Positions 1 through 12,600 of a DNA stretch of 64,000 bases are shown here, in pieces. Origin of the DNA: Antedon mediterranea (taxonomy: Eukaryota > Animalia > Echinodermata). The notes beneath the pieces are model-generated. The model saw nothing but the letters and a program-made list of their open reading frames with translations. It was not told the DNA's origin and did no database searches. The translations under genes and the position numbers were made by a program. Numbering within the stretch: position 1 is the stretch's first letter; the number at the start of each line of letters is the position of its first letter. The stretch is taken from contig NC_092679.1 of assembly GCF_964355755.1 (NCBI RefSeq), positions 9,640,201 to 9,704,200 of the forward strand. Reading direction: 5' to 3'.

Positions 1-351
1 ATGCGATTTGAAGCTATTCTAAGCACTTTTGTGTTTTTATGTTAACAAGTTTTTTCGAAAATAACAAAATGGTCTAAAACGTCTCCAAATGCGATTTGAA
101 GCTATTTTAAGCACTTTGGTGTTTTTGTGTTAACAAGTTTTTCGAAATGCTCAAAATGGTCTAAAACGTCTCCAAATGCGATTTGAAGCTATTCTAAGCA
201 CTTTGGTGTTTTTATGTTAACAAGTTTTTTCGAAAATCACAAAATGGTATAAAACGTCTCCAAATGCGATTTGAAGCTATTCTAAGCACTTTGGTGTTTT
301 TATGTTAACAAGTTTTTTCGAAAATCACAAAATGGTCTAAAACGTTTTCAA

Positions 352-602
352 ATGCGATTTGAAGCTATTCTGTACACTTTGATGTTTTGTGTGAAAATTT
401 TCTTTTGAAATGCTCAAAATGGTCAAAAACGTTTTTAAATACGATATTAAGCTACTTTGTGCTCTTTGATGTTTTTGTGTGAAATGTTTTATCGAAATGC
501 TCAAAATGGTCTAAAACGGTTTCTAATGTGATTTCAAGCACTTTGATGTTTTTGTGTAACCAAGTTTTTCGAAAATCACAAAATTGTCTAAAACGTCTCC
601 AA
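352..602. repeat. Example of the recurring three-monomer variant cassette (87+87+77 = 251 bp)
   Basis: Monomer B (..GTGTGAAAATTTTCT..GGTCAAAAACGTTTTTAA), C (ATACGATATTAAGCTACTTTGTGCTC..) and shortened D (ATGTGATTTCAAGCAC..) recur in this order at ~352, 1218, 1908, 3379, 4246, 4936, 5714, 6930 and onward through the array. Confidence 0.95.
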
Positions 603-3600
603 ATGCGATTTGAAGCTATTCTGTACACTTTGATGTTTTTATGTTAACAAGTTTTTCGAAAATCACAAAATGGTCTAAAACGTCTCCAAATGCGATTTTA
701 AGCTATTCTAAGCACTTTTGTGTTTTTATGTTAACAAGTTTTTTTGAAAATCACAAAATGGTCTAAAACGTCTCTAAATGCGATTTGAAGCTTTTCTGTA
801 CACTTTGATGTTTTTATGTTAACAACTTTTTTCGAAAATCACAAAATGGTCTAAAATGTCTCCAAATGCGATTTGAAGCTATTCTAAGCACTTTGGTGTT
901 TTTATGGAAACAATTTTTTTCGAAAATCACAAAATGGTCTAAAACGTCTCCAATAGCGATTTGAAGCTTTTCTGTACACTTTGATGTTTTTATGTTAACA
1001 AGTTTTTTCGAAAATCACAAAATGGTCTAAAACGTCTACAAATGCGATTTGAAGCTATTCTGTACACTTTGATGTTTTTATGTTAACAAGTTTTTTCGAA
1101 ATTCACAAAATGGTCTAAAACGTCTACAAATGCGATTTGAAGCTATTCTGTACACTTTGATGTTTTTATGTTAACAAGTTTTTTCGAAAATCACAAAATG
1201 GTCTAAAACGTTTCCAAATGCGATTTGAAGCTATTCTGTACACTTTGATGTTTTGTGTGAAAATTTTCTGTCGAAATGCTCAAAATGGTCAAAAACGTTT
1301 TTAAATACGATATTAAGCTACTTTGTGCTCTTTGATGTTTTTGTGTGAAATGTTTTATCGAAATGCTCAAAATGGTCTAAAACGGTTTCTAATGTGATTT
1401 CAAGCACTTTGATGTTTTTGTGTAACCAAGTTTTTCGAAAATCACAAAATTGTCTAAAACGTCTCCAAATGCGATTTGAAGCTATTCTGTACTCTTTGAT
1501 GTTTTTATGTTAACAAGTTTTTCGAAAATCACAAAATGGTCTAAAACGTCTCCAAATGCGATTTTAAGCTATTCTAAGCACTTTGGTGTTTTTATGTTAA
1601 CAAGTTTTTTCGAAAATCACAAAATGGTCTAAAACGTCTCCAAATGCGATTTGAAGCTATTTTAAGCACTTTGGTGCTTTTGTGTAACCAAGTTTTTTCG
1701 AAAATCACGAAATGGTCTAAAACGTCTCCAAATGCGATTTGAAGCTATTCTAAGCACTTTGGTGTTTTTACGTTAACAAGTTTTTTCGAAATTCACAAAA
1801 TGGTCTAAAACGTCTCCAAATGCGATTTGAAGCTATTCTGTACACTTTGATGTTTTTATGTTAACAAGTTTTTTCGAAAATCACAAAATGGTCTAAAACG
1901 TTTCCAAATGCGATTTGAAGCTATTCTGTACACTTTGAAGTTTTGTGTGAAAATTTTCTGTCGAAATGCTCAAAATGGTCAAAAACGTTTTTAAATACGA
2001 TATTAAGCTACTTTGTGCTCTTTGATGTTTTTGTGTGAAATGTTTTATCGAAATGCTCAAAATGGTCTAAAACGGTTTCTAATGTGATTTCAAGCACTTT
2101 GATGTTTTTGTGTAACCAAGTTTTTTCGAAAATCACAAAATTGTCTAAAACGTCTCCAAATGCGATTTGAAGCTATTCTGTACACTTTGGTGTTTTTATG
2201 TTAACAAGTTTTTTCGAAAATCACAAAATGGTCTAAAACGTCTACAAATGCGATTTGAAGCTATTCTAAGCACTTTTGTGTTTTTATGTTAACAAGTTTT
2301 TTCGAAAATCACAAAATGGTCTAAAACGTCTCTAAATGCGATTTGAAGCTTTTCTGTACACTTTGATGTTTTTATGTTAACAACTTTTTTCGAAAATCAC
2401 AAAATGGTCTAAAATGTCTCCAAATGCGATTTGAAGCTATTCTAAGCACTTTGGTGTTTTTATGGAAACAATTTTTTTCGAAAATCACAAAATGGTCTAA
2501 AACGTCTCCAAATGCGATTTGAAGCTTTTCTGTACACTTTGATGTTTTTATGTTAACAAGTTTTTTCGAAAATCACAAAATGGTCTAAAACGTCTACAAA
2601 TGCGATTTGAAGCTATTCTAAGCACTTTTGTGTTTTTATGTTAACAAGTTTTTTCGAAAATAACAAAATGGTCTAAAATGTCTGCAAATGCGATTTGAAG
2701 CTATTCTTAGCACATTGGAGTTTTTTATTAAACAAATTTTTTCGAAACTCACAAAATGGTCTAAAACGTCTCCAAATGCGATTTGAAGCTATTTTAAGCA
2801 CTTTGGTGTTTTTGTGTTAACAAGTTTTTCGAAAAGCTCAAAATGGTCTAAAACGTTTTTAAACACGATATTAAGCTATTTTGTGCTCTTTGATGTTTTT
2901 TTGTGAAAAGTTTTAGCGAAATGCTCAAAATGGTCTAAAACGATTTCTAATGTGATTTTAAGCACTTTGATGTTTTTATGTTAACTAGTTTTTTCAAAAA
3001 TCACAAAATGGTCTAAAACGTCTCCAAATGTGATTTGAAGCTATTCTAAGCACTTTGGTGTTTTTATGTTAACAGTTTTTTCGAAAATCACAAAATGGTC
3101 TAAAACGTTTCCAAATGCGATTTGAAGCTATTCTGTACACTTTGATGTTTTTATGGTAACAAGTCTTTTAGAAAATCACAAAATGGTCTAAAACATCTCC
3201 AAATGCGATTTAAAGCTATTTTAAGCACTTTTGTGTTTTTGTGTAACCAAGTTTTTTCGAAAATCACAAAAGGGTCTAAAATGTCTCTAAATGCGATTTG
3301 AAGCTACTCTAAGCACTTTGGTGTTTTTATGTTAACAAGTTTTTTCGAAAATCAATAAATGGTCTAAAATGTCTCCAAATGCGATTTGAAGCTATTCTGT
3401 ACACTTTGCTGTTTTGTGTGAAAAATGTTTGTCGAAATCCTCAAAATGGTCAAAAACGTTTTTAAATACGATATTAAGCTATTTTGTGCTCTTTGATGTT
3501 TTCGTGTGAAAAGTTTTATCGAAATACTCAAAATGGTCTAAAACGGTTTCTAATGTGATTTTAAGCACTTTGATGTTTTTGTGTAACCAAGTTTTTTCGA

Positions 3601-6600
3601 AAATCACAAAATGGTCTAAAACGTCTCCAAATGCGATTTGAAGCTTTTCTGTACACTTTGGTGTTTTTATGTTAACAAGTTTTTCGAAAATCACAAAATG
3701 GTCTAAAACGTCTCCAAATGCGATTTAAAGCTATTTTAAGCACTTTTGTGTTTTTGTGTAACCAAGTTTTTTCGAAAATCACAAAAGGGTCTAAAATGTC
3801 TGTAAATGCGATTTGAAGCTATTTAAAGCACTTTGGTGTTTTTAGGTTAACAAGTTTTTTCGAAAATCACAAAATGGTCTAAAACGTCTACAAATGCGAT
3901 TTGAAGCTATTCTAAGCACTTTTGTGTTTTTATGTTAACAAGTTTTTTCGAAAATCACAAAAATGGTCTAAAACGTTTCCAAATGCGATTTGAAGCTATT
4001 CTGTACACTTTGATGTTTTGTGTGAAAATTTTCTGTCGAAATGCTCAAAATGGTCAAAAACGTTTTTAAATACGATATTAAGCTATTCTAAGCACTTTGG
4101 TGTTTTTATGTTAACAAGTTTTTTCGAAAATCACAAAATGGTATAAAACGTCTCCAAATGCGATTTGAAGCTATTCTAAGCACTTTGGTGTTTTTATGTT
4201 AACAAGTTTTTTCGAAAATCACAAAATGGTCTAAAACGTTTCCAAATGCGATTTGAAGCTATTCTGTACACTTTGATGTTTTGTGTGAAAATTTTCTGTC
4301 GAAATGCTCAAAATGGTCAAAAACGTTTTTAAATACGATATTAAGCTACTTTGTGCTCTTTGATGTTTTTGTGTGAAATGTTTTATCGAAATGCTCAAAA
4401 TGGTCTAAAACGGTTTCTAATGTGATTTCAAGCACTTTGATGTTTTTGTGTAACCAAGTTTTTCGAAAATCACAAAATTGTCTAAAACGTCTCCAAATGC
4501 GATTTGAAGCTATTCTGTACACTTTGATGTTTTTATGTTAACAAGTTTTTCGAAAATCACAAAATGGTCTAAAACGTCTCCAAATGCGATTTTAAGCTAT
4601 TCTAAGCACTTTGGTGTTTTTATGTTAACAAGTTTTTTTGAAAATCTCAAAATGGTCTAAAACGTCTCTAAATGCGATTTGAAGCTTTTCTGTACACTTT
4701 GATGTTTTTATGTTAACAACTTTTTTCGAAAATTACAAAATGGTCTAAAATGTCTCCAAATGCGATTTGAAGCTATTCTAAGCACTTTGGTGTTTTTATG
4801 GAAACAATTTTTTTCGAAAATCACAAAATGGTCTAAAACGTCTCCAATAGCGATTTGAAGCTTTTCTGTACACTTTGGTGTTTTTATGTTAACAAGTTTT
4901 TTCGAAAATCACAAAATGGTCTAAAACGTTTCCAAATGCGATTTGAAGCTATTCTGTACACTTTGATGTTTTGTGTGAAAATTTTCTGTCGAAATGCTCA
5001 AAATGGTCATAAACGTTTTTAAATACGATATTAAGCTACTTTGTGCTCTTTGATGTTTTTGTGTGAAAAGTTTTATCGAAATGCTCAAAATGGTCTAAAA
5101 CGGTTTCTAATGTGATTTCAAGCACTTTGATGTTTTTGTGTAACCAAGTTTTTCGAAAATCACAAAATTGTCTTAAACGTCTCCAAATGCGATTTGAAGC
5201 TATTCTGTACACTTTGATGTTTTTATGTTAACAAGTTTTTTCGAAAATCACAAAAGAGTCTAAAATATCTCGAAATGCGATTTGAAGCTATTCTAAGCAC
5301 TTTGGTGTTTTTATGTTAACAAGTTTTTTCGAAATCACAAAATGGTCTAAAATGTCTCCAAATGCGATTTGAAGCTAATCTTAGCACATTGGTGTTTTTA
5401 TGTTAACAAGTTTTTTCGAAAATCACAAAATGGTCTAAAACGACTCCAAATGCGATTTGAAGCTATTTTGTATACTTTTGTGTTTTTATGTTAACAAGTT
5501 TTTTCGAAAATCACAAAATGGTCTAAAACGTCTCCAATAGCGATTTGAAGCTTTTCTGTACACTTTGGTGTTTTTATGTTAACAAATTTTTTCGAAAATC
5601 ACAAAATGGTCTAAAACGTCTCCAAATGCCATTTGAAGCTATTCTGTACACTTTGATGTTTTTATGTTAACAAGTTTTTTCGAAAATCACAAAATGGTCT
5701 AAAACGTTTCCAAATGCGATTTGAAGCTATTCTGTACACTTTGATGTTTTGTGTGAACATTTTCTGTCGAAATGCTCAAAATGGTCAAAAACGTTTTTAA
5801 ATACGATATTAAGCTACTTTGTGCTCTTTGATGTTTTTGTGTGAAATGTTTTATCGAAATGCTCAAAATGGTCTAAAACGGTTTCTAATGTGATTTCAAG
5901 CACTTTGATGTTTTTGTATAACCAAGTTTTTCGAAAATCACAAAATTGTCTAAAACGTCTCCAAATGCGATTTTAAGCTATTCTGTACACTTTGATGTTT
6001 TTGGGTTAACAAGTTTTTCGAAAATCACAAAATGGTCTAAAACGTCTCCAAATGCGATTTGAAGCTATTCTAAGCACTTTGGTGTTTTTATGTTAACAAG
6101 TTTTTCGAAAATCACAAAATTGTCTAAAACGTCTCCAAATGCGATTTGAAGCTATTCTGTACACTTTGATGTTTTTATGTTAACAAGTTTTTCGAAAATC
6201 ACAAAATGGTCTAAAACGTCTCCAAATGCGATTTTAAGCTATTCTAAGCACTTTGGTGTTTTTATGTTAACAAGTTTTTTTGAAAATCACAAAATGGTCT
6301 AAAACGTCTCTAAATGCGATTTGAAGCTTTTCTGTACACTTTGATGTTTTTATGTTAACAACTTTTTTCGAAAATCACAAAATGGTCTAAAATGTCTCCA
6401 AATGCGATTTGAAGCTATTCTAAGCACTTTGGTGTTTTTATGGAAACAATTTTTTTCGAAAATCACAAAATGGTCTAAAACGTCTCCAAATGCGATTTGA
6501 AGCTATTCTAAGCACTTTGGTGTTTTTATGTTAACAAGTTTTTTCGAAAATCACAAAATGGTCTAAAACGTCTCCAAATGCGATTTGAAGCTATTTTAAG

Positions 6601-9600
6601 CACTTTGGTGCTTTTGTGTAACCAAGTTTTTTCGAAAATCACGAAATGGTCTGAAACGTCTCCAAATGCGATTTGAAGCTATTCTAAGCACTTTGGTGTT
6701 TTTACGTTAACAAGTTTTTTCGAAATTCACAAAATGGTCTAAAACGTCTCCAAATGCGATTTGAAGCTATTCTGTACACTTTGATGTCTTTATGTTAACA
6801 AGTTTTTTCGAAAATCACAAAATGGTCTAAAACATCTACAAATGCGATTTGAAGCTATTCTGTACACTTTGATGTTTTTATGTTAACAAGTTTTTTCGAA
6901 AATCACAAAATGGTCTAAAACGTTTCCAAATGCGATTTGAAGCTATTCTGTACACTTTGATGTTTTGTGTGAAAATTTTCTGTCGAAATGCTCAAAATGG
7001 TCAAAAACGTTTTTAAATACGATATTAAGCTACTTTGTGCTCTTTGATGTTTTTGTGTGAAATGTTTTATCGAAATGCTCAAAATGGTCTAAAACGGTTT
7101 CTAATGTGATTTCAAGCACTTTGATGTTTTTGTGTAACCAAGTTTTTCGAAAATCACAAAATTGTCTAAAACGTCTCCAAATGCGATTTGAAGCTATTCT
7201 GTACACTTTGGTGTTTTTATGCTAACAAGTTTTTTCGAAAATCACAAAATGGTCTAAAACGTCTCCAAATGCGATTTAAAGCTATTTTAAGTACTTTTGT
7301 GTTTTTGTGTAACCAAGTTTTTTCGAAAATCACAAAAGGGTCTAAAATGTATGTAAATGCGATTTGAAGCTATTTAAAGCACTTTGGTGTTTTTAGGTTA
7401 ACAAGTTTTTTCGAAAATCACAAAATGGTCTAAAACGTCTACAAATGCGATTTGAAGCTATTCTAAGCACTTTTGTGTTTTTATGTTAACAAGTTTTTTC
7501 GAAAATCACAAACTGGTCTAAAACGTCTCTAAATGCGATTTGAAGCTTTTCTGTACACTTTGATGTTTTTATGTTAACAACTTTTTTCGAAAATCACAAA
7601 ATGGTCTAAAATGTCTCCAAATGCGATTTGAAGCTATTCTAAGCACTTTGGTGTTTTTATGGAAACAATTTTTTTCGAAAATCACAAAATGGTCTAAAAC
7701 GTCTCCAATAGCGATTTGAAGCTTTTCTGTACACTTTGGTGTTTTTATGTTAACAAGTTTTTTCGAAAATCACAAAATGGTCTAAAACGTCTCCAAATGC
7801 GATTTGAAGCTATTCTGTACACTTTGATGTTTTTATGTTAACAAGTTTTTTCGAAAATCACAAAATGGTCTAAAACGTCTACAAATGCGATTTGAAGCTA
7901 TTCTAAGCACTTTTGTGTTTTTATGTTAACAAGTTTTTTCGAAAATAACACAATGGTCTAAAACGTCTGCAAATGCGATTTGAAGCTATTCTTAGCACAT
8001 TGGTGTTTTTATTTAAACAAATTTTTTCGAAACTCACAAAATGGTCTAAAACGTCTCCAAATGCGATTTGAAGCTATTTTAAGCACTTTGGTGTTTTTGT
8101 GTTAACAAGTTTTTCGAAAAGCTCAAAATGGTCTAAAACGTCTCCAAATGCGATTTGAAGCTATTCTGTACACTTTGGTGTTTTTATGTTAACAAGTTTT
8201 TTCGAAAATCACAAAATGGTCTAAAACGTCTCCAAATGCGATTTTAAGCTATTCTAAGCACTTTGGTGTTTTTATGTTAACAAGTTTTTTTGAAAATCAC
8301 AAAATGGTCTAAAACGTCTCTAAATGCGATTTGAAGCTTTTCTGTACACTTTGATGTTTTTATGTTAACAACTTTTTTCGAAAATCACAAAATGGTCTAA
8401 AATGTCTCCAAATGCGAATTGAAGCTATTCTAAGCACTTTGGTGTTTTTATGGAAACAATTTTTTTCGAAAATCACAAAATGGTCTAAAACGTCTCCAAT
8501 AGCGATTTGAAGCTTTTCTGTACACTTTGGTGTTTTTATGTTAACAAGTTTTTTCGAAAATCACAAAATGGTCTAAAACGTCTCCAAATGCTATTTGAAG
8601 CTATTCTGTACACTTTGATGTTTTTATGTTAACAAGTTTTTTCGAAAATCACAAAATGGTCTAAAACGTCTACAAATGCGATTTGAAGCTATTTAAAGCA
8701 CTTTGGTGTTTTTAGGTTAACAAGTTTTTTCGAAAATCACAAAATGGTCTAAAACTTTTCCAAATGCGATTTGAAGCTATTCTGTACACTTTGATGTTTT
8801 GTGTGAAAATTTTCTGTCGAAATGCTCAAAATGGTCAAAAACGTTTTTAAATACGATATTAAGCTACTTTGTGCTCTTTGATGTTTTTGTCTGAAATGTT
8901 TTATCGAAATGCTCAAAATGGTCTAAAACGGTTTCTAATGTGATTTCAAGCACTTTGATGTTTTTGTGTAACCAAGTTTTTCGAAAAACACAAAATTGTC
9001 TAAAACGTCTCCAAATGCGATTTGAAGCTATTCTGTACACTTTGATGTTTTTATGTTAACCAGTTTTTCGAAAATCACAAAATGGTCTAAAACGTCTCCA
9101 AATGCGATTTTAAGCTATTCTAAGCACTTTGGTGTTTTTATGTTAACAAGTTTTTTTTAAAATCACAAAATGGTCTAAAACGTCTCTAAATGCGATTTGA
9201 AGCTTTTCTGTACACTTTGATGTTTTTATGTTAAAAACTTTTTCCGAAAATCACAAAATGGTCTAAAATGTCTCCAAATGCGATTTGAAGCTATTCTAAG
9301 CACTTTGGTGTTTTTATGGAAACAATTTTTTTCGAAAATCACAAAATGGTCTAAAACGTCTCCAATAGCGATTTGAAGCTTTTCTTTACACTTTGGTGTT
9401 TTTATGTTAACAAGTTTTTTCGAAAATCACAAAATGGTCTAAAACGTCTCCAAATGCGATTTTAAGCTATTCTAAGCACTTTTGTGTTTTTATGTTAGAA
9501 AGTTTTTTCGAAAATCACGAAATGGTCTAAAACGTCTCTAAATGCGATTTGAAGCTATTCTGTACACTTTGGTGTTTTTATGTTAACAAGTTTTTTCGAA

Positions 9601-12600
9601 AATCACAAAATGGTCTAAAACGTCTCCAAATGCGATTTCAAGCTATTCTGTACACTTTGCTGTTTTGTGTGAAAAATGTTTGTCGAAATCCTCAAAATGG
9701 TCAAAAACGTTTTTAAATACGATATTAAGCTATTTTGTGCTCTTTGATGTTTTTGTGTGAAAAGTTTTATCGAAATGCTCAAGATGGTCTAAAACGGTTT
9801 CTAATGTGATTTTAAGCACTTTGATGTTTTTGTGGAACCAAGTTTTTTCGAAAATCACAAAATGGTCTAAAACGTCTCCAAATGTGATTTGAAGCTATTC
9901 TAAGCACTTTGGTGTTTTTATGTTAACAGTTTTTTCGAAAATCACAAAATGGTCTAAAACGTCTCCAAATGCGATTTGAAGCTATTCTGTACACTTTGAT
10001 GTTTTTATGGTAACAAGTTTTTTAGAAAATCACAAAATGGTCTAAAACATCTCCAAATGCGATTTAAAGCTATTTTAAGCACTTTTGTGTTTTTGTGTAA
10101 CCAAGTTTTTTCGAAAATCACAAAAGGGTCTAAAATGTCTCTAAATGCGATTTGAAGCTACTCTAAGCACTTTGGTGTTTTTATGTTAACAAGTTTTTTC
10201 GAAAATCACAAAATGGTCTAAAATGTCTCCAAATGCGATTTGAAGCTATTCTGTACACTTTGCTGTTTTGTGTGAAAAATGTTTGTCGAAATCCTCAAAA
10301 TGGTCAAAAACGTTTTTAAATACGATATTAAGCTATTTTGTGCTCTTTGATGTTTTTGTGTGAAAAGTTTTATCGAAATACTCCAAAATGGTCTAAAACG
10401 GTTTCTAATGTGATTTTAAGCACTTTGATGTTTTTGTGTAACCAAGTTTTTTCGAAAATCACAAAATGGTCTAAAATGTCTCCAAATGCGATTTGAAGCT
10501 ATTCTAAGCACTTTGGTGTTTTTATGGAAACAATTTTTTTCGAAAATCACAAAATGGTCTAAAACGTCTCCAAATGCGATTTGAAGCTATTCTAAGCACT
10601 TTGGTGTTTTTATGTTAACAAGTTTTTTCGAAAATCACAAAATGGTCTAAAACGTCTCCAAATGCGATTTGAAGCTATTTTAAGCACTTTGGTGCTTTTG
10701 TGTAACCAAGTTTTTTCGAAAATCACGAAATGGTCTGAAACGTCTCCAAATGCGATTTGAAGCTATTCTAAGCACTTTGGTGTTTTTACGTTAACAAGTT
10801 TTTTCGAAATTCACAAAATGGTCTAAAACGTCTCCAAATGCGATTTGAAGCTATTCTGTACACTTTGATGTCTTTATGTTAACAAGTTTTTTCGAAAATC
10901 ACAAAATGGTCTAAAACATCTACAAATGCGATTTGAAGCTATTCTGTACACTTTGATGTTTTTATGTTAACAAGTTTTTTCGAAAATCACAAAATGGTCT
11001 AAAACGTTTCCAAATGCGATTTGAAGCTATTCTGTACACTTTGATGTTTTGTGTGAAAATTTTCTGTCGAAATGCTCAAAATGGTCAAAAACGTTTTTAA
11101 ATACGATATTAAGCTACTTTGTGCTCTTTGATGTTTTTGTGTGAAATGTTTTATCGAAATGCTCAAAATGGTCTAAAACGGTTTCTAATGTGATTTCAAG
11201 CACTTTGATGTTTTTGTGTAACCAAGTTTTTCGAAAATCACAAAATTGTCTAAAACGTCTCCAAATGCGATTTGAAGCTATTCTGTACACTTTGGTGTTT
11301 TTATGCTAACAAGTTTTTTCGAAAATCACAAAATGGTCTAAAACGTCTCCAAATGCGATTTAAAGCTATTTTAAGTACTTTTGTGTTTTTGTGTAACCAA
11401 GTTTTTTCGAAAATCACAAAAGGGTCTAAAATGTATGTAAATGCGATTTGAAGCTATTTAAAGCACTTTGGTGTTTTTAGGTTAACAAGTTTTTTCGAAA
11501 ATCACAAAATGGTCTAAAACGTCTACAAATGCGATTTGAAGCTATTCTAAGCACTTTTGTGTTTTTATGTTAACAAGTTTTTTCGAAAATCACAAACTGG
11601 TCTAAAACGTCTCTAAATGCGATTTGAAGCTTTTCTGTACACTTTGATGTTTTTATGTTAACAACTTTTTTCGAAAATCACAAAATGGTCTAAAATGTCT
11701 CCAAATGCGATTTGAAGCTATTCTAAGCACTTTGGTGTTTTTATGGAAACAATTTTTTTCGAAAATCACAAAATGGTCTAAAACGTCTCCAATAGCGATT
11801 TGAAGCTTTTCTGTACACTTTGGTGTTTTTATGTTAACAAGTTTTTTTGAAAATCACAAAATGGTCTAAAACGTCTACAAATGCGATTTGAAGCTATTCT
11901 TTACACTTTGATGTTTTTATGTTAACAAGTTTTTTCGAAAATCACAAAATGGTCTAAAACGTCTACTAATGCGATTTGAAGCTATTCTAAGCACTTTTGT
12001 GTTTTTATGTTAACAAGTTTTTTCGAAAATAACACAATGGTCTAAAACGTCTGCAAATGCGATTTGAAGCTATTCTTAGCACATTGGTGTTTTTATTTAA
12101 ACAAATTTTTTCGAAACTCACAAAATGGTCTAAAACGTCTCCAAATGCGATTTGAAGCTATTTTAAGCACTTTGGTGTTTTTGTGTTAACAAGTTTTTCG
12201 AAAAGCTCAAAATGGTCTAAAACGTCTCCAAATGCGATTTGAAGCTATTCTGTACACTTTGGTGTTTTTATGTTAACAAGTTTTTTCGAAAATCACAAAA
12301 TGGTCTAAAACGTCTCCAAATGCGATTTGAAGCTATTCTGTACACTTTGATGTTTTGTGTGAAAATTTTCTGTCGAAATGCTCAAAATGGTCAAAAACGT
12401 TTTTAAATACGATATTAAGCTACTTTGTGCTCTTTGATGTTTTTGTGTGAAATGTTTTATCGAAATGCTCAAAATGGTCTAAAACGGTTTCTAATGTGAT
12501 TTCAAGCACTTTGATGTTTTTGTGTAACCAAGTTTTTCGAAAATCACAAAATTGTCTAAAACGTCTCCAAATGCGATTTGAAGCTATTCTGTACACTTTG

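Noticed and set aside
49-70. CENP-B box at TTTCGAAAA..
   Set aside because: Only TTCG matches; the required A and CGGG are absent.
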